Assembly: GCA_965235115.1 (NCBI GenBank)
Contig: OZ249438.1
Coordinates: forward strand, 40,548,001 to 40,612,000
Reading direction: 5' to 3'
From: Laetmonice hystrix
Lineage: Eukaryota
Length of the DNA stretch: 64,000 nucleotides
Part shown: piece by piece, positions 24,084 to 37,455 of the stretch
Position numbering within the stretch: position 1 is the stretch's first letter
Layout: the number at the start of each line of letters is the position of its first letter
Notes under the pieces: model-generated
Seen by the model: only the letters and a program-made list of their open reading frames with translations
Database searches by the model: none
Told to the model about the DNA's origin: nothing
Made by a program: the position numbers and the translations under genes

Positions 24084-24210
24084 GGGTACAAATAATCGTA
24101 GGTCAGAATTATTATTTCAATAGATGGTGCTGCTCTAAGATGTTGGGTACAAATAATAGTGGTAGGTCAGAATTATTATTTCAATAGATGGTGCTGCTCT
24201 AAGATGTTGT
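24084..24210. repeat. ~62-66-bp tandem duplication
   Basis: GGGTACAAATAAT..TAGGTCAGAATTATTATTTCAATAGATGGTGCTGCTCTAAGATGTT x2. Confidence 0.9.
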
Positions 24211-24468
24211 TCAGCCCGGTTGTTTCCTGGTTGATCCGTTACTCCACTCCATGCCTCAGTCTCACGCAGAGCAGGAGGAGGAGCAGGAGGAGGAGCAGGA
24301 GCAGGGGGAGGGGGTGCTGGAAGACCGTAGTTCTTACATAACATGGCCATTCCTCCGGCTGGGTTGTTTTTTCCCAGTAAGCTCTGGGTACCTCGAGTCC
24401 CTCTCACTCCCCTGTACGTGTGATTGCTCCACTATGTGTCTGGTGGGTGTTGTTGGCTGGTCTCAGCC

Positions 24469-25632
24469 CCAGCTAAGGCCCAGTTAAGTCTATGCTGATC
24501 TCAGCCCCAGCCCAGGCCCATGCAGCTAAGTCCATGCTGATCTCAGCCCCAGCCCAGGCCCAGCTAAGTCCATGCTGGTCTCAGCCCCAGCCCAGGCCCA
24601 TGCAGCTAAGTCCATGCTGATCTCAGCCCTAGCCCAGGCCCAGCTAAGTCCATGCTGGTCTCAGCCCCAGCCAAGGCCCAGCTAAGTCCATGCTGATCTC
24701 AGCCCCAGCCCAGGCCCAGCTAAGTCTATGCTGATCTCAGCCCCAGCCCAGGCCCAGCTAAGTCCATGCTGATCTCAGCCCCAGCCCAGGCCCAGCTAAG
24801 TCTATGCTGATCTCAGCCCCAGCCCAGGCCCAGCTAAGTCCATGCTGATCTCAGCCCCAGCCCAGGCCCAGCTAAGTCCATGCTGATCTCAGCCCTAGCC
24901 CAGGCCCAGCTAAGTCCATGCTGGTCTCAGCCCCAGCCAAGGCCCAGCTAAGTCCATGCTGATCTCAGCCCCAGCCCAGGCCCAGCTAAGTCTATGCTGA
25001 TCTCAGCCCCAGCCCAGGCCCAGCTAAGTCCATGCTGATCTCAGCCCCAGCCCAGGCCCAGCTAAGTCTATGCTGATCTCAGCCCCAGCCCAGGCCCAGC
25101 TAAGTCCATGCTGATCTCAGCCCCAGCCCAGGCCCAGCTAAGTCCATGCTGGTCTCAGCCCCAGCCAAGGCCCAGCTAAGTCCATGCTGGTCTCAGCCCC
25201 AGCCCAGGCCCAGCTAAGTCCATGCTGGTCTCAGCCCCAGCCAAGGCCCAGCTAAATCCATGCTGATCTCAGCCCCAGCCCAGGCCCAGCTAAGTCCATG
25301 CTGATCTCAGCCCCAGCCCAGGCCCAGCTAAGTCCATGCTGGTCTCAGCCCCAGCCCAGGCCCAGCTAAGTCTATGCTGATCTCAGCCCCAGCCCAAGCC
25401 CAGCTAAGTCCATGCTGATCTCAGCCCCAGCCCAGGCCCAGCTAAGTCTATGCTGATCTCAGCCCCAGCCCAGGCCCAGCTAAGTCCATGCTGATCTCAG
25501 CCCCAGCCCATGCCCAGCTAAGTCCATGCTGATCTCAGCCCCGGCCCCAGCCCCAGCCCCAGCCCCAGCCCCAGCCCCAGCCCCAGCCCCAGGCCCAGCT
25601 AAGTCTATGCTGGTCTCAGCCCCAGCTAAGTC
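24469..25632. repeat. 38-bp minisatellite, about 30 copies, with an internal (CCCCAG)n expansion near 25545-25592
   Basis: Unit CTCAGCCCCAGCCCAGGCCCAGCTAAGTCCATGCTGAT. Confidence 0.98.
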
Positions 25633-27091
25633 CACACCCTAACCCACAGGTGACGTCCACTCACCCCCTAAAACACTACTCTCACCACCATCGTAGGTAA
25701 GGTGAGAACAGGTGTATCTGTCAGTGCCATCAGGACCATCAGGACATCAGGGTGGGGGGTGTTAGCCACAGGTGACGTCCACTCACCTCCTAACCCTACT
25801 CTCACCACCATCGGTATTTCCGCCGACAGAAGAACGGAAGTGACAACCATAAGAGCTGATAGCTTTCACATATATTCTTTCTAGTACAGCTTCAGGTCAA
25901 GATAATGAGGCGAGATAAGATATTATCTTATCTTTTATTTCTTGTCAGCACAGTCACAGAGGTCGTTGTCCCTGAAGGGAGAAGCGCGGTGATTTACGTG
26001 GTTACACAGACGTTTGAAATCTTACATTGGTGATTACGACGACACAACAATTGTCATTATAAAACAGGAACCGATCTCAGGAGGAAGATACGCGCGCCTC
26101 ACAGCGGCAATGAAGCGAACTACAGCCAGGTGACAGGCGTGGGTGTGGATCATCTGAGGGTTGACCACTTCAGGTGTGTGTGATGGGAGGCGGGCCCCTG
26201 ATGGTGTATGACCACTGGTCAGTGGAGATGACCACTGGTCAGTGGAGACAGATAATGACAGGTATGGGCGGGGTGTTAATCACTGTCCATGACGGGGGTA
26301 GGCCGGCCGGCCGGGGTAGGCCACTTCCCGCCTCCCCCCGGGCCCCCCGGCCGTGTCATCCCGGGACCCTACAAACACTGAGCGACCCCGGACAAATTAC
26401 TCCACCCTCACACAATGGGAGACTGGAGATGGGCTGTATTAGACTGGGATAATAACAGGGGCATGGGAACATCTCGGCAGGGAGACGGACAGGATGTGGT
26501 CCCTGGGACCCGCCCTCACATACTCGGGACGTGGTAATGAAAACACTAATGATAATAGAAAACGTCGGGTGTTAGGCGCTACCAATGGTGGCCGAGTGGA
26601 TGGCGTACATTTGTAACATACACTCACCTCATTTGTGTTGGCATCAAAAGAAACGATTGCCTCAACCGTTTCTGATCGCGGTTCATTTTTCAAACCAGTG
26701 CCTCGGGTTAGAACTGACGATTTGGGTGGTAAAAAAACTGGGTGACACATCATTCAGAGCCCCTGGTTTCTATACTACTAGTTAAACACCTACAAACTAA
26801 AAAAAACTCTGTTCAGAAATGTTTTAATCGGGATGAATAGAAGCATTAATTGGCAATCCATCCTGGGTAAAATGTACATTTCGTACTGTTTGCGCCTTAG
26901 GTCACATAGCAGTGGCATTGGTCGTATAACGATTAGTCAGGGGAAAAATAGGACATGTCTAGCGGAACGTTTCTTTAACATTTCAGCCTGACAGATTGAT
27001 GCAAGAGGTTTCATCTTTTTTGACCAGCCTCTAGGTACCTGGCATTAAGTTGTCTTACAGATACATATGGTCGTAAATGTTAATGTACTTA

Positions 27092-27401
27092 GTAGAAAAA
27101 TAACAGTGACATGTTCCACTCTGTAAAAAATAACAGTGGCATGTTCCACTCTGTAAAAAAATATCAGTGACATGGTCCACTCTGTAAAAAAATATCAGTG
27201 ACATGTTCCACTCTGTAAAAAAAATAACAGTGGCATGTTCCACTCTGTAAAAAAATAACAGTGACATGTTCCACCCTGTAGAAAAATAACAGTGACATGT
27301 TCCACCCTGTAAAAAAATAACAGTGACATGGTCCACTCTGTAAAAAAATAACAGTGACATGTTCCACTCTGTAAAAAAATATCAGTGACATGGTCCACTC
27401 T
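27092..27401. repeat. 30-32-bp minisatellite, about 10 copies
   Basis: Unit AAAAAATAACAGTGACATGTTCCACTCTGT with a variable A run. Confidence 0.96.
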
Positions 27402-27494
27402 GACTGTAACATGCCCAGATTTAGGTGTGAGACTGGTCTTGATCCCCACAGAGCCTCAGAAAAAGTTCACATAGTATTTTACTGCCGCTAAGGT

Positions 27495-27950
27495 CAGGCT
27501 CTGACCAAAGCGAGAGGTCCTCATGTCCAGGGGCAGGCTCTGACCAAAGCGAGAGGTTCTCATGTCCAGGGGCAGGCTCTGACCAAAGCCAGAGGTCCTC
27601 ATGTCCATGGTCAGGCTCTGACCAAAGCCAGAGGTCCTCATGTCCAGGGGCAGGCTCTGACCAAAGCGACAGGTCCTCATGTCCAGGGGCAGGCTGTGAC
27701 CAAAGCGAGAGGTCCTCTTGTCCAGGGGCAGGCTGTGACCAAAGCGAGAGGTCCTTATGTCCAGGGGCAGGCTCTGATCAAACCGAGAGGTCCTCATGTC
27801 CAGGGGCAGGCTCTGACCAAAGCGAGAGGTCCTCTTGTCCAGGGGCAGGCTGTGACCAAAGCGAGAGGTCCTTATGTCCAGGGGCAGGCTCTGATCAAAC
27901 CGAGAGGTCCTCATGTACAGGGGCAGGTTGACCAAAGCCAGAAGTCCTGA
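27495..27950. repeat. 39-bp minisatellite, about 12 copies
   Basis: Unit GGCAGGCTCTGACCAAAGCGAGAGGTCCTCATGTCCAGG; gives 13-aa periodic ORFs on both strands. Confidence 0.96.
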
Positions 27951-28526
27951 TGTTTAGGGTCAGGCTTCAGACGGGAGGAGGGCGGAGGGGGGGGGGGGGT
28001 CCTTCAACGTGATCGCCATAGCTTTCAATGCCGATGTCCTCACACTGGCTGACAGTTTTACCACCACATGTCTGAGCCAAAGATCGGACATCCATGACAG
28101 GATTTCCACGACCCAAACATTCAGCTCAGCTCCACGAGCGTTTATATGTGTTCTCCCATCATCAGTCACTACTGAGTGATAGTTTTCAACAAGTACACAC
28201 ACAAACATTCTCCGGTCCATCTCCTAGGAAAGCGTAAACTTTCCAGGCTATCGGATTACAGTGGGCTCAGGACGATCTTCCTGTTGGCATGTAACATGCT
28301 GCCCAAAGTGGTAGTGATGACATGTTAAACATGTAACATGCTCCCCAGTGGTAGTGATGACATGTTAAGCATGTGAAGGCATTTTCTCCATTCCATACGA
28401 TACTGTGATAGAAATTGTGACGGACAAAAATGAGAGCAATATTTCAAAAAGCATTCTGTATTCAGTGTTTTTATTTCCGTCCTTCCAGTATCTTTTCTTG
28501 GGCAGAGTTTCTAGTAATTAGGACAA

Positions 28527-29907
28527 TTATGATGTGATAGGATGGAGCCAGTGGTCAGTGTGTGAACAGTATCTTTAGTTATGATATGATAGGATGGAGC
28601 CAGTGTGTGAACAGTATCTTTAGTTATGATGTGATATGATGGAGTCAGTGTGTGAACAGTATCTTTAGTCATGATGTGATAGGATGGAGCCAGTGGTCAG
28701 TGTGTGAACAGTATCTTTAGTTATGATGTGATAGGATGGAGTCAGTGGTCGGTGTGTGAACAGTATCTTTAGTTATGATGTGATAGGATAGAGCCAGTGG
28801 TCAGTGTGTGAACAGTATCTTTAGTCATGATGTGATAGGATGGAGCCAGTGGTCGGTGTGTAAACAGTATCTTTAGTTATGATGTGATAGGATGGAGCCA
28901 GTGGTCAGTGTGTGAACAGTATCTTTAGTTATGATGTGATAGGATGGAGTCAGTGGTCGGTGTGTGAACAGTATCTTTAGTTATGATGTGATAGGATGGA
29001 GCCAGTGGTCAGTGTGTGAACAGTATCTTTAGTCATGATGTGATAGGATGGAGCCAGTGGTCGGTGTGTGAACAGTATCTTTAGTTATGATGTGGTAGGA
29101 TGGAGCCAGTGGTCGGTGTGTGAACAGTATCTTTAGTTATGATGTGATATGATGGAGCCAGTGGTCAGTGTGTGAACAGTATCTTTAGTTATGATGTGAT
29201 AGGATGGAGTCAATGTGTGAACAGTATCTTTAGTTATGATGTGATAGGATGGAGCCAGGGGTCAGTGTGTGAACAGTATCTTTAGTTATGATGTAATAGG
29301 ATGGAGCCAGTGGTCAGTGTGTGAACAGTATCTTTAGTTATGATGTGATAGGATGGAGCCAGTGGTCAGTGTGTGAACAGTATCTTTAGTTATGATGTTA
29401 TATGATGGAGCCAGTGGTCAGTGTGTGAACAGTATCTTTAGTTATGATGTGATAGGATGGAGCCAGTGGTCAGTGTGTGAACAGTATCTTTAGTTATGAT
29501 GTGATAGGATGGAGCCAGTGGTCAGTGTGTGAACAGTATCTTTAGTTATGATGTGATAGGATGGAGCCAGTGGTCAGTGTGTGAACAGTATCTTTAGTTA
29601 TGATGTGATAGGATGGAGCCAGTGGTCAGTGTGTGAACAGTATCTTTAGTTATGATGTGATAGGATGGAGCCAGTGGTCAGTGTGTGAACAGTATCTTTA
29701 GTTATGATGTGATGTGATGGAGCCAGTGGCCAGTGTGTGAACAGTATCTTTAGTTATGATGTGATAGGATGGAGCCAGTGGTCGGTGTGTGAACAGTATC
29801 TTTAGTTATGATGTGATAGGATGGAGCCAGTGGTCAGTGTGTGAACAGTATCTTTAGTTATGATGTGATAGGATGGAGCCAGTGTGTGAACAGTATCTTT
29901 AGTCATG
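28527..29907. repeat. 52-bp minisatellite, about 27 copies
   Basis: Unit TGATGTGATAGGATGGAGCCAGTGGTCAGTGTGTGAACAGTATCTTTAGTTA. Confidence 0.98.
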
Positions 29908-31431
29908 TGAGTAACATGATTTAGAAGTGGTTTCACAAACTGTCGACAACCAAAGACCAGATTCTTGGTGACAACAATAGTTAGCCCTGAGGCGAGGTAT
30001 AAAAACATTGTAAGAAATACTTGAGTCAAACCACTCTACATTACTACGGTGTAAAAAGTATGTAATAAATGTCAGTACGTTCGTATCTCACAGACTATTG
30101 AGGAGCCAATATGAGTGGTTACGTAAGAGATAATAACAAACGACCATTCTCGGGAACACAACCCGGGGAGGGGGTAGGCGGAGATCTAGGATACTTAGGG
30201 AACCGCTGCCTATTGAAAATGACATCCCAGGACGAGATGGGCTCCCTTCACGATTCATTCAGCCAGATCTAAGACCATGGTTAGCTGGGCAAGGCTGGGA
30301 TTCCTCAAATCAAATAGTTGGAATCCGGTCCTGTAAAGGCAGGGGTTTCTTATGTCAGTGTCGTTTTAAACTTTATCACTGTTAATAACGTCACCTTCAG
30401 ATGGCTTGGCAGGTGGGAGTGATGGATTGGTGTGGACAAAGACATTGCGAGGTTTTACCGAGAGTTTCAAGTATTAAAAGATTGTACCCAGGCCCTGTTG
30501 GCACACTGCCCGCCGTGCTGACATTAGCCCACCGATTACCTCTTACCACCGTACATCTTGGTTTTATTTCCCTCATGGAATGTTAACACAGATATGCCGC
30601 TATAATGGCCGCCTATTGAAAACTTGTTTGGATAACGAGTTCTGTTAAAGGTTAACGTTTGAATATTGTTCAGCGAGAGATTCCGATGTCAAGACTACAG
30701 GCCGCTAGGGCTGCCCTCTGGTGGCGAGTTGCCGTACTACCGCTTGGCTCAGCAGGAGTTATATGTCATCAATCATGTCGTGTGACAGAATCATAATAGT
30801 ACACTCAGACTACTACTCACAACATCGCTGGTCCTCAAACTTTGCATTGTTATTACAGTGTTTATTGGAGTTTTCATATTCTAGCGTTGTATCTGTTATC
30901 CACCTTGGATTCCTATCAGTTTGAAACATTTTATTGTTTTATTTTGACTATCATAATATCATCGTAATGGATGGAATCTCAAATTTCTTTTGGTGTTTTG
31001 CCTCAGAGAGTCTTAGCATGCCGCGAAAAAAGAAAAAGGAAAACTATCTCTGAAGTAAAAAAAGCAAGGAATGACACGCCCCTTTGAAATCCGATCGCTG
31101 ACCCTGGACCAGACGTGGATGTAATACTTGCATGTCGTCTTGTTGAGATAAGTACTCACTCATGTTGGAAGACCAAATATATTTCTTTTCATACTACATC
31201 ACCAAGGCAACATCGAAATGTAAGGTTTTACCAATGTTTTATGGAGGATTCCCTGTTTTTTAAGAAGTGGGTGTGAGATACTCCATCGGAACTCCCGTCA
31301 GTTAGGAGAAAACGGGTCGCATTCTAAGGATATTGAAAATGATAACGGCGACAATCAGAAATACCCAGGAGAGGAGTAGAACAGATGAAACTTTGATCAG
31401 ATTGATGGCTGCTGGGGGTGTTAATGTATCA

Positions 31432-32729
31432 GTGATAAGTACAGAATATTGCTGTGTTTACGGATCGTCAGGAAGTACCATTGATAAGTACAGAATAAAG
31501 GTTTAAACACATTGCTGTGTTTACGGATCGCCAGCAGTATCATTGATAAGTACAGAATAAAGGTTTAAACACATTGCTGTGTTTACGGATCCTCACGCAG
31601 TATCATTGATAAGTACAGAATAAAGGTTTAAACACATTGCTGTGTTTACGGATCCTCACGCAGTATCATTGATAAGTACAGAATAAAGGTTTAAACACAT
31701 TGCTGTGTTTACGGACCGTCAGCAGTATCATTGATCATTGATAAGTACAGAATAAAGGTTTAAACACATTGCTGTGTTTACGGATCGTCAGCAGTATCAT
31801 TGATAAGTACAGAATAAAGGTTTAAACACATTGCTGTGTTTACGGATCGTCAGGCAGTATCATTGATAAGTACAGAATAAAGATTTAAACACATTGCTGT
31901 GTTTACGGATCGTCAGCAGTATCATTGATAAGTACAGAATAAAGGTTTAAACACATTGCTGTGTTTACGGATCGTCACGCAGTATCATTGATAAGTACAG
32001 AATAAAGGTTTAAACACATTGCTGTGTTTACGGATCCTCACGCAGTGTCATTGATAAGTACAGAATAAAGGTTTAAACACATTGTTGTGTTTACGGATCG
32101 TCAGCAGTATCATTGATAAGTACAGAATAAAGGTTTAAACACATTGCTGTGTTTACGGATCGTCACGCAGTATCATTGATAAGTACAGAATAAAGGTTTA
32201 AAACACATTGCTGTGTTTACGGATCGTCAGCAGTATCATTGATAAGTACAGAATAAAGGTTTAAACACATTGCTGTGTTTACGGATCGTCAGCAGTATCA
32301 TTGATAAGTACAGAATAAAGGTTTAAACACATTGTTGTGTTTACGGATCGTCAGGCAGTATCATTGATAAGTACAGAATAAAGGTTTAAACACATTGCTG
32401 TGTTTACGGGGCGTCAGGCAGTATCATTGATAAGTACAGAATAAAGGTTTAAACACATTGCTGTGTTTACGGGGCGTCAGGCAGTATCATTGATAAGTAC
32501 AGAATAAAGGTTTAAACACATTGCTGTGTTTACGGATCGTCAGGCAGTACCATTGATAAGTACAGAATAAAGGTTTAAACACATTGCTGTGTTTACGGAT
32601 CGTCAGGCAGTACCATTGATAAGTACAGAATAAAGGTTTAAACACATTGCTGTGTTTACGGATCGTCAGGCAGTACCATTGATAAGTACAGAATAAAGGT
32701 TTAAACACATTGCTGTGTTTACGGATCGT
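31432..32729. repeat. 62/63-bp minisatellite, about 21 copies
   Basis: Unit TTGATAAGTACAGAATAAAGGTTTAAACACATTGCTGTGTTTACGGATCGTCAGCAGTATCA. Confidence 0.98.
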
Positions 32730-33289
32730 CCCGTGGTCGTAGTGCTGACGTTGAAGTCACTCGTACGTGAGATTACCATAGAAAGTGCCGGAGAACACAT
32801 AGCGATGTAAACACCATGTCTGGATTTGACGTCTGCCAAGTATATATAGGAGATAATTACCACGTTACGGCGTTAAATGGGCCTAATGTTGGAAGGATCT
32901 TTATCTGGGTCTCCCGGGGGGCTGGGAACCCGGGGTATGAAACGATCCGGCTAGTGACCTTTACCCCTGAGGTCATTGCACCGTTATGTGTGCAGTGTCA
33001 CGGTTCACTGGCGATGATGTCGTTAACGTTAACCCAACGTAGATTTGTTTCCCCCTAAAGACATAAAATGTTATATTGGAATGTTTGTGCCATGGGCTTC
33101 TTGCATAGTTTTACCATGAGAATATTTAAGACAGACTTGAGCAGAAATGGAGATCTCCTGAGTCAGTGACTGCCAGTAGAATACTGCGCACCCAATACTG
33201 CCATTACGAATGACTGACTGCTGCAGAGCTGCTATGACAATTAGTGATGAGTGGTATGACATGTCTGTGATCACCATGGGTGATTGTTA

Positions 33290-33931
33290 GGAGAACTCTG
33301 TAACTAGTGTGACCCCAACGCCACCCGTCAGTGTTAGTAGAACTCTGTAACTAGTGTGACCCCAACGCCACCCGTCAGTGTTAGTAGAACTCTGTAACTA
33401 GTGTGACCCCAACGCCACCCGTCAGTGTTAGTAGAACTCTGTAACTAGTGTGACCCCAACACCACCCGTCAGTATTAGAACTCTGTAACTAGTGTGACCC
33501 CAACGCCACCCGTCAGTGTTAGTAGAACTCTGTAACTAGTGTGACCCCAACGCCACCCGTCAGTGTTAGTAGAACTCTGTAACTAGTGTGACCCCAACGC
33601 CACCCGTCAGTGTTAGTAAAACTCTGTAACTAGTGTGACCCCAACGCCACCCGTCAGTGTTAGTAGAACTCTGTAACTAGTGTGACCCCAACGCCACCCG
33701 TCAGTGTTAGTAGAACTCTGTAACTAGTGTGACCCCAACGCCACCCGTCAGTGTTAGAACTCTGTAACTAGTGTGACCCAACGCCACCCGTCAGTGTTAG
33801 TAGAACTCTGTAACTAGTGTGACCCCAACGCCACCCGTCAGTGTTAGAACTCTGTAACTAGTGTGACCCAACGCCACCCGTCAGTGTTAGTAGAACTCTG
33901 TAACTAGTGTGACCCCAACGCCACCCGTCAG
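33290..33931. repeat. 47-bp minisatellite, about 14 copies (43-44-bp variants)
   Basis: Unit AGAACTCTGTAACTAGTGTGACCCCAACGCCACCCGTCAGTGTTAGT. Confidence 0.98.
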
Positions 33932-33954
33932 TATAACTAACAAGGTTATTAGTC

Positions 33955-34449
33955 TGTTACCAGTACTACATGTCCAATGTTATACCAGAGGTGATTGGTC
34001 GTGCATTTCCAACGTTACCAGTCTGACTTCATGGTACTTTTCCAACGTTACCAGTCAGTGATTTCGTAGTACATGTCCAAATTTACCAGTCAGTGATTTC
34101 GTAGTACATTTCCAACGTTACCAGTCAGTGATTTCGTAGTACATTTCCAACGTTACCAGTCAGTCATTTCGTAGTACATTTCCAACGTTACCAGTCAGTG
34201 ATTTCGTAGTACATGTCCAACTTTACCAGTCAGTGATTTCGTAGTACATTTCCAACGTTACCAGTCAGTGATTTCGTAGTACATTTTCAACGTTACCCGT
34301 CAGTGATTTCGTAGTACAACGTTACCAGTCAGCGATTGGTAGTACATGTCCAACGTTACCAGTCTGATTTCATAGTACATTTCCAACGTTACCAGTCAGT
34401 GATTTCGTAGTACATTTTCAACGTTACCAGTCAGTGATTGGTAGTACAG
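33955..34449. repeat. 35-bp minisatellite, about 14 copies, degenerate at the edges
   Basis: Unit CCAACGTTACCAGTCAGTGATTTCGTAGTACATTT. Confidence 0.95.
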
Positions 34450-34929
34450 CTGTAGAGGTAGTACAAACATCATGAGTAGAGGTTAATTCCGCCATCAGTA
34501 ATCGGTGGCGGTCCATAGTTTGTGCCATCCACGACAGTCAGGGAGCGTGCAGGAGGTGGTTTCCCGCCCTGTGTGTGGAGGCGTCAGCCGACGCTTGCAG
34601 CAGTCGGCCGGCGCTTGTATTGGATCCTGGCCAGGGCGCTGACTGGATCCTCGGCCATCGAGAGGGGTCATCGAAACGCTGCTGCTGACCTGCGTGAGAT
34701 CTGCAGGAGGTCAGGTAGCGTGCCTGTTGCGGGCGGGCGGGTGGAAGGGTCTATCCCGGCCGGCCATGCGTCCAGGCCCCGATCACAACCACCACCCTGC
34801 CGTGTACGACTGGGGGTACCCGTGGTCGGGTGGGGATGTAGCGGCGGTGGTTACCCGCTCTGGGTGACAGTCAGCCGCCGTCATACCGACAGCCACTTGT
34901 AGTGACAGGATCCGGAGGCAGGTGGAGCC

Positions 34930-34980
34930 ATGGATAAGTACCTGTTCCACGGCTACAACATCCTCATAAAACCGGCACAG
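34930..34980 (+). CDS. Candidate alternative first coding exon (MDKYLFHGYNILIKPAQ)
   Basis: gccATGG strong start context; 17 codons rich in C-ending codons; CAG|gtaggt donor in phase 0; CpG-rich ~400 bp upstream. Confidence 0.5.
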
Positions 34981-36727
34981 GTAGGTACAGGTAGGATGGG
35001 TGGGGAGAGGACAGGTGTGGCGGGCAGGCACACAGGTGTGTTAGACAGTAGAGTGGTGGGGGCGGGATCCACGGAACTTGGCAGAGTTTGTCAGTTCTCA
35101 GGGCCACTGTGGACCGAGGGCAGCCCCTCCGGAGTAGCCTCCTGTCAGAGATGTATTGTACAATTCCCAGGTCAACACTGGCACAAGGACACTACGCCTC
35201 CACTGCACGGCCAGGCCACACCTGACTTACAGACGGTTTGTTCTTGGTCTTTACAGATTACGTAATAATGTATAGAGATTACGTAATAGTATTGTGTCGA
35301 CTTAAAAAGCCATGTTTAAGTCATGTGACCTTAATGGGTCACGGTGACCCAAACCTGTGGTTTGTGTCACGGGGACCTAAACCAGTGGTTTAGGTAATTT
35401 GTTCAAGGAGAATGGTCTCTCACGCCGCCGTGCCAGCCAATACACGTGTGACGTAACAGTTTTGTTTCCGTAGCTTGGTGCTCCAATTGGAATCTAAACA
35501 ATGTCACACCAGTTTCTGATTGAGACGCTCAGCCTGATTTGTGAATCACAGAGAACAACAGAGGTGTGAACAGTCGTGTCTGGCTAGAGAACGGTTTGTC
35601 GCCGACAGGAAAGTGTGTTTATGTTGTGGATTATTTCGGAAGAAATTCGCCGTCCTATATTCTGGCCATTCCTATTGTCAGTCGTTCAGCAGACATGCCA
35701 AACCGAAATGGGCACGAACAAAAAAGCCACAAGTATGCTGCGTGGACATTACATTGAGGCGGTAGTTAGTGGTGTTGCTCGGAGCCAATGCATAACATGA
35801 GAAAATGATGGGTAGCGTGACATGAAGAGACAATTACTGGGGGGGGGGGGGGGGGGGGGGGGTAGCGCTGGGAGTGGGTCAGGCTGGGCAGGCCGCCGCT
35901 GTCTATGACTGGGGCCCGTCAACCTTACCTCTGACCTATCCCAGACATATCAGACGGGCTGTAAGATAAAAACATTTATTGGTACCAGTAGGTCTGCAGA
36001 TACCTGATCTAGGTAAATGTAGAGTGATAATTATATTTACATATATTATATACTTTGACTTCACAATTACTGTACATCTAAAGGTGCGGCATCCTCGTGA
36101 TGTTCCCTTCATAATAATTCATTACTTTTGAAAACTTTTATTCATGACACAACAATGTCAGGTAAATTGCCTGCAGCGATTTGGCAAATAGTTCACTTAT
36201 GATTCTGCATTTTCTGACAGCTCTTTTTGAGTTATGATTCGTCTGGATGTAGGCGGTAGCAGTTGAATGCAGTGGTGGCATTGCGCCATGTCGTAAAAAG
36301 AAAGGAATGTGGATGAAGATCTGGGTTAATTCGCGCGGTGTATTACGGTAGCTATATCCGCTACGATGATAATCCTTAGATTTACGGATTGGCCACTTGT
36401 GTCCCGTGCGATGTGAACCCCGATCGGTACACAGGGCCATGCCTTCAAACTTTGAACATTACGACTCGTTTGATTCAGACTGATATAATGTTGAAGCAAT
36501 GATATTAAATATTTCCTTGAGATTTAGGATTCTGGTTGGATGGTTACGCTTCAGTCGTAGCTTGCTGAGACTAGGAGGGTTGCAGGTATTATTATGTCAT
36601 AAAACCTCGCCATGTGACCAAACTGTACGGCGGCACTGGTCACACGAACATTGAGGAGTGGTCAGTCTGAGGACTGGTCACGTTCAACTTCACTGGACGC
36701 CCTGTCAAAATAAGGAGGGAAGAGAAG

Positions 36728-37049
36728 CTAGCCACGATACGCAGGGAAATCCTTTGAAGGAAGCCACGATACGCAGGGAAGTCCCTGGAAGAAAAGCCAG
36801 CCACGATACGCAGGGAAGTCCCTGGAAGAAAAGCCAGCCACGATACGCAGGGAAATCCCCGGAAGGAAAGCCAGCCACGATACGCAGGGAAATCCTTGGA
36901 AGAAAAGCCAGCCACGATACGCAGGGAAATCCTTGGAAGAAAAGCCAGCCACGATACGCAGGGAAATCCCTGGAAGACAAGCCAGCCACGATACGCAGGG
37001 AAATCCCTGGAAGGAAAGCCAGCCACGATACGCAGGGAAATCCCTGGAA
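36728..37049. repeat. 37/38-bp minisatellite, 9 copies, each with GGGAA(A/G)TCC(C/T)
   Basis: Unit AGCCAGCCACGATACGCAGGGAAATCCCTGGAAGAAA. Confidence 0.97.
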
Positions 37050-37455
37050 GTTTGACATTCCACCTTTACTTCTTCCAGGCTCTTAAAAAAGGAGGGAATC
37101 CCCGCTGTCTCAAAGAAAGATATTACAAAATGTCTTGAATCTTGTCATTCAACACTTGAAGCTGTATTTTGTAAGGCATTCAAAGGAAAGTAAGCGTGTA
37201 AAAGTGGACATTGAAAGGGTTTTGTGTGTGATAGCAAAAAGATGTGAGATTTGTAGTCGTCGCCATACCTCGCTCTGAGCCGGCCGTCCCACTGGGTCCG
37301 TACAGGGGCCACGGGACACTTTTTAACAGGGGAGAAAGTATATGCTCTGATTACTGCTCTGAAAAACAATCCTCTCCATGGGGGCTGCAGCGTGAAGGGC
37401 TCACCTGGCGGAGCTAGGCGGGACCGTAGTCAAACAGGACAGGTGTGTGAACGAC

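Noticed and set aside
24251-24487. Glu/Gln-rich ORF (MPQSHAEQEEEQ..)
   Set aside because: Driven by a GAGCAGGAG simple repeat; no usable splice donor.
28285-28375. Cluster of CATG cores resembling p53 response elements
   Set aside because: Core spacing is 7 or 9 bp rather than the 10-bp period of RRRCWWGYYY pairs; it arises from a short local duplication.
30401-30412. 12-nt MAWQ mini-exon (ccttcag|ATGGCTTGGCAG|gtggga)
   Set aside because: Weak donor and too short to distinguish from chance.
35839-35862. 24-nt poly-G run (other long G/C runs at about 8270, 8310, 9270, 40545)
   Set aside because: Homopolymer lengths are unreliable in assemblies; no independent evidence of function.
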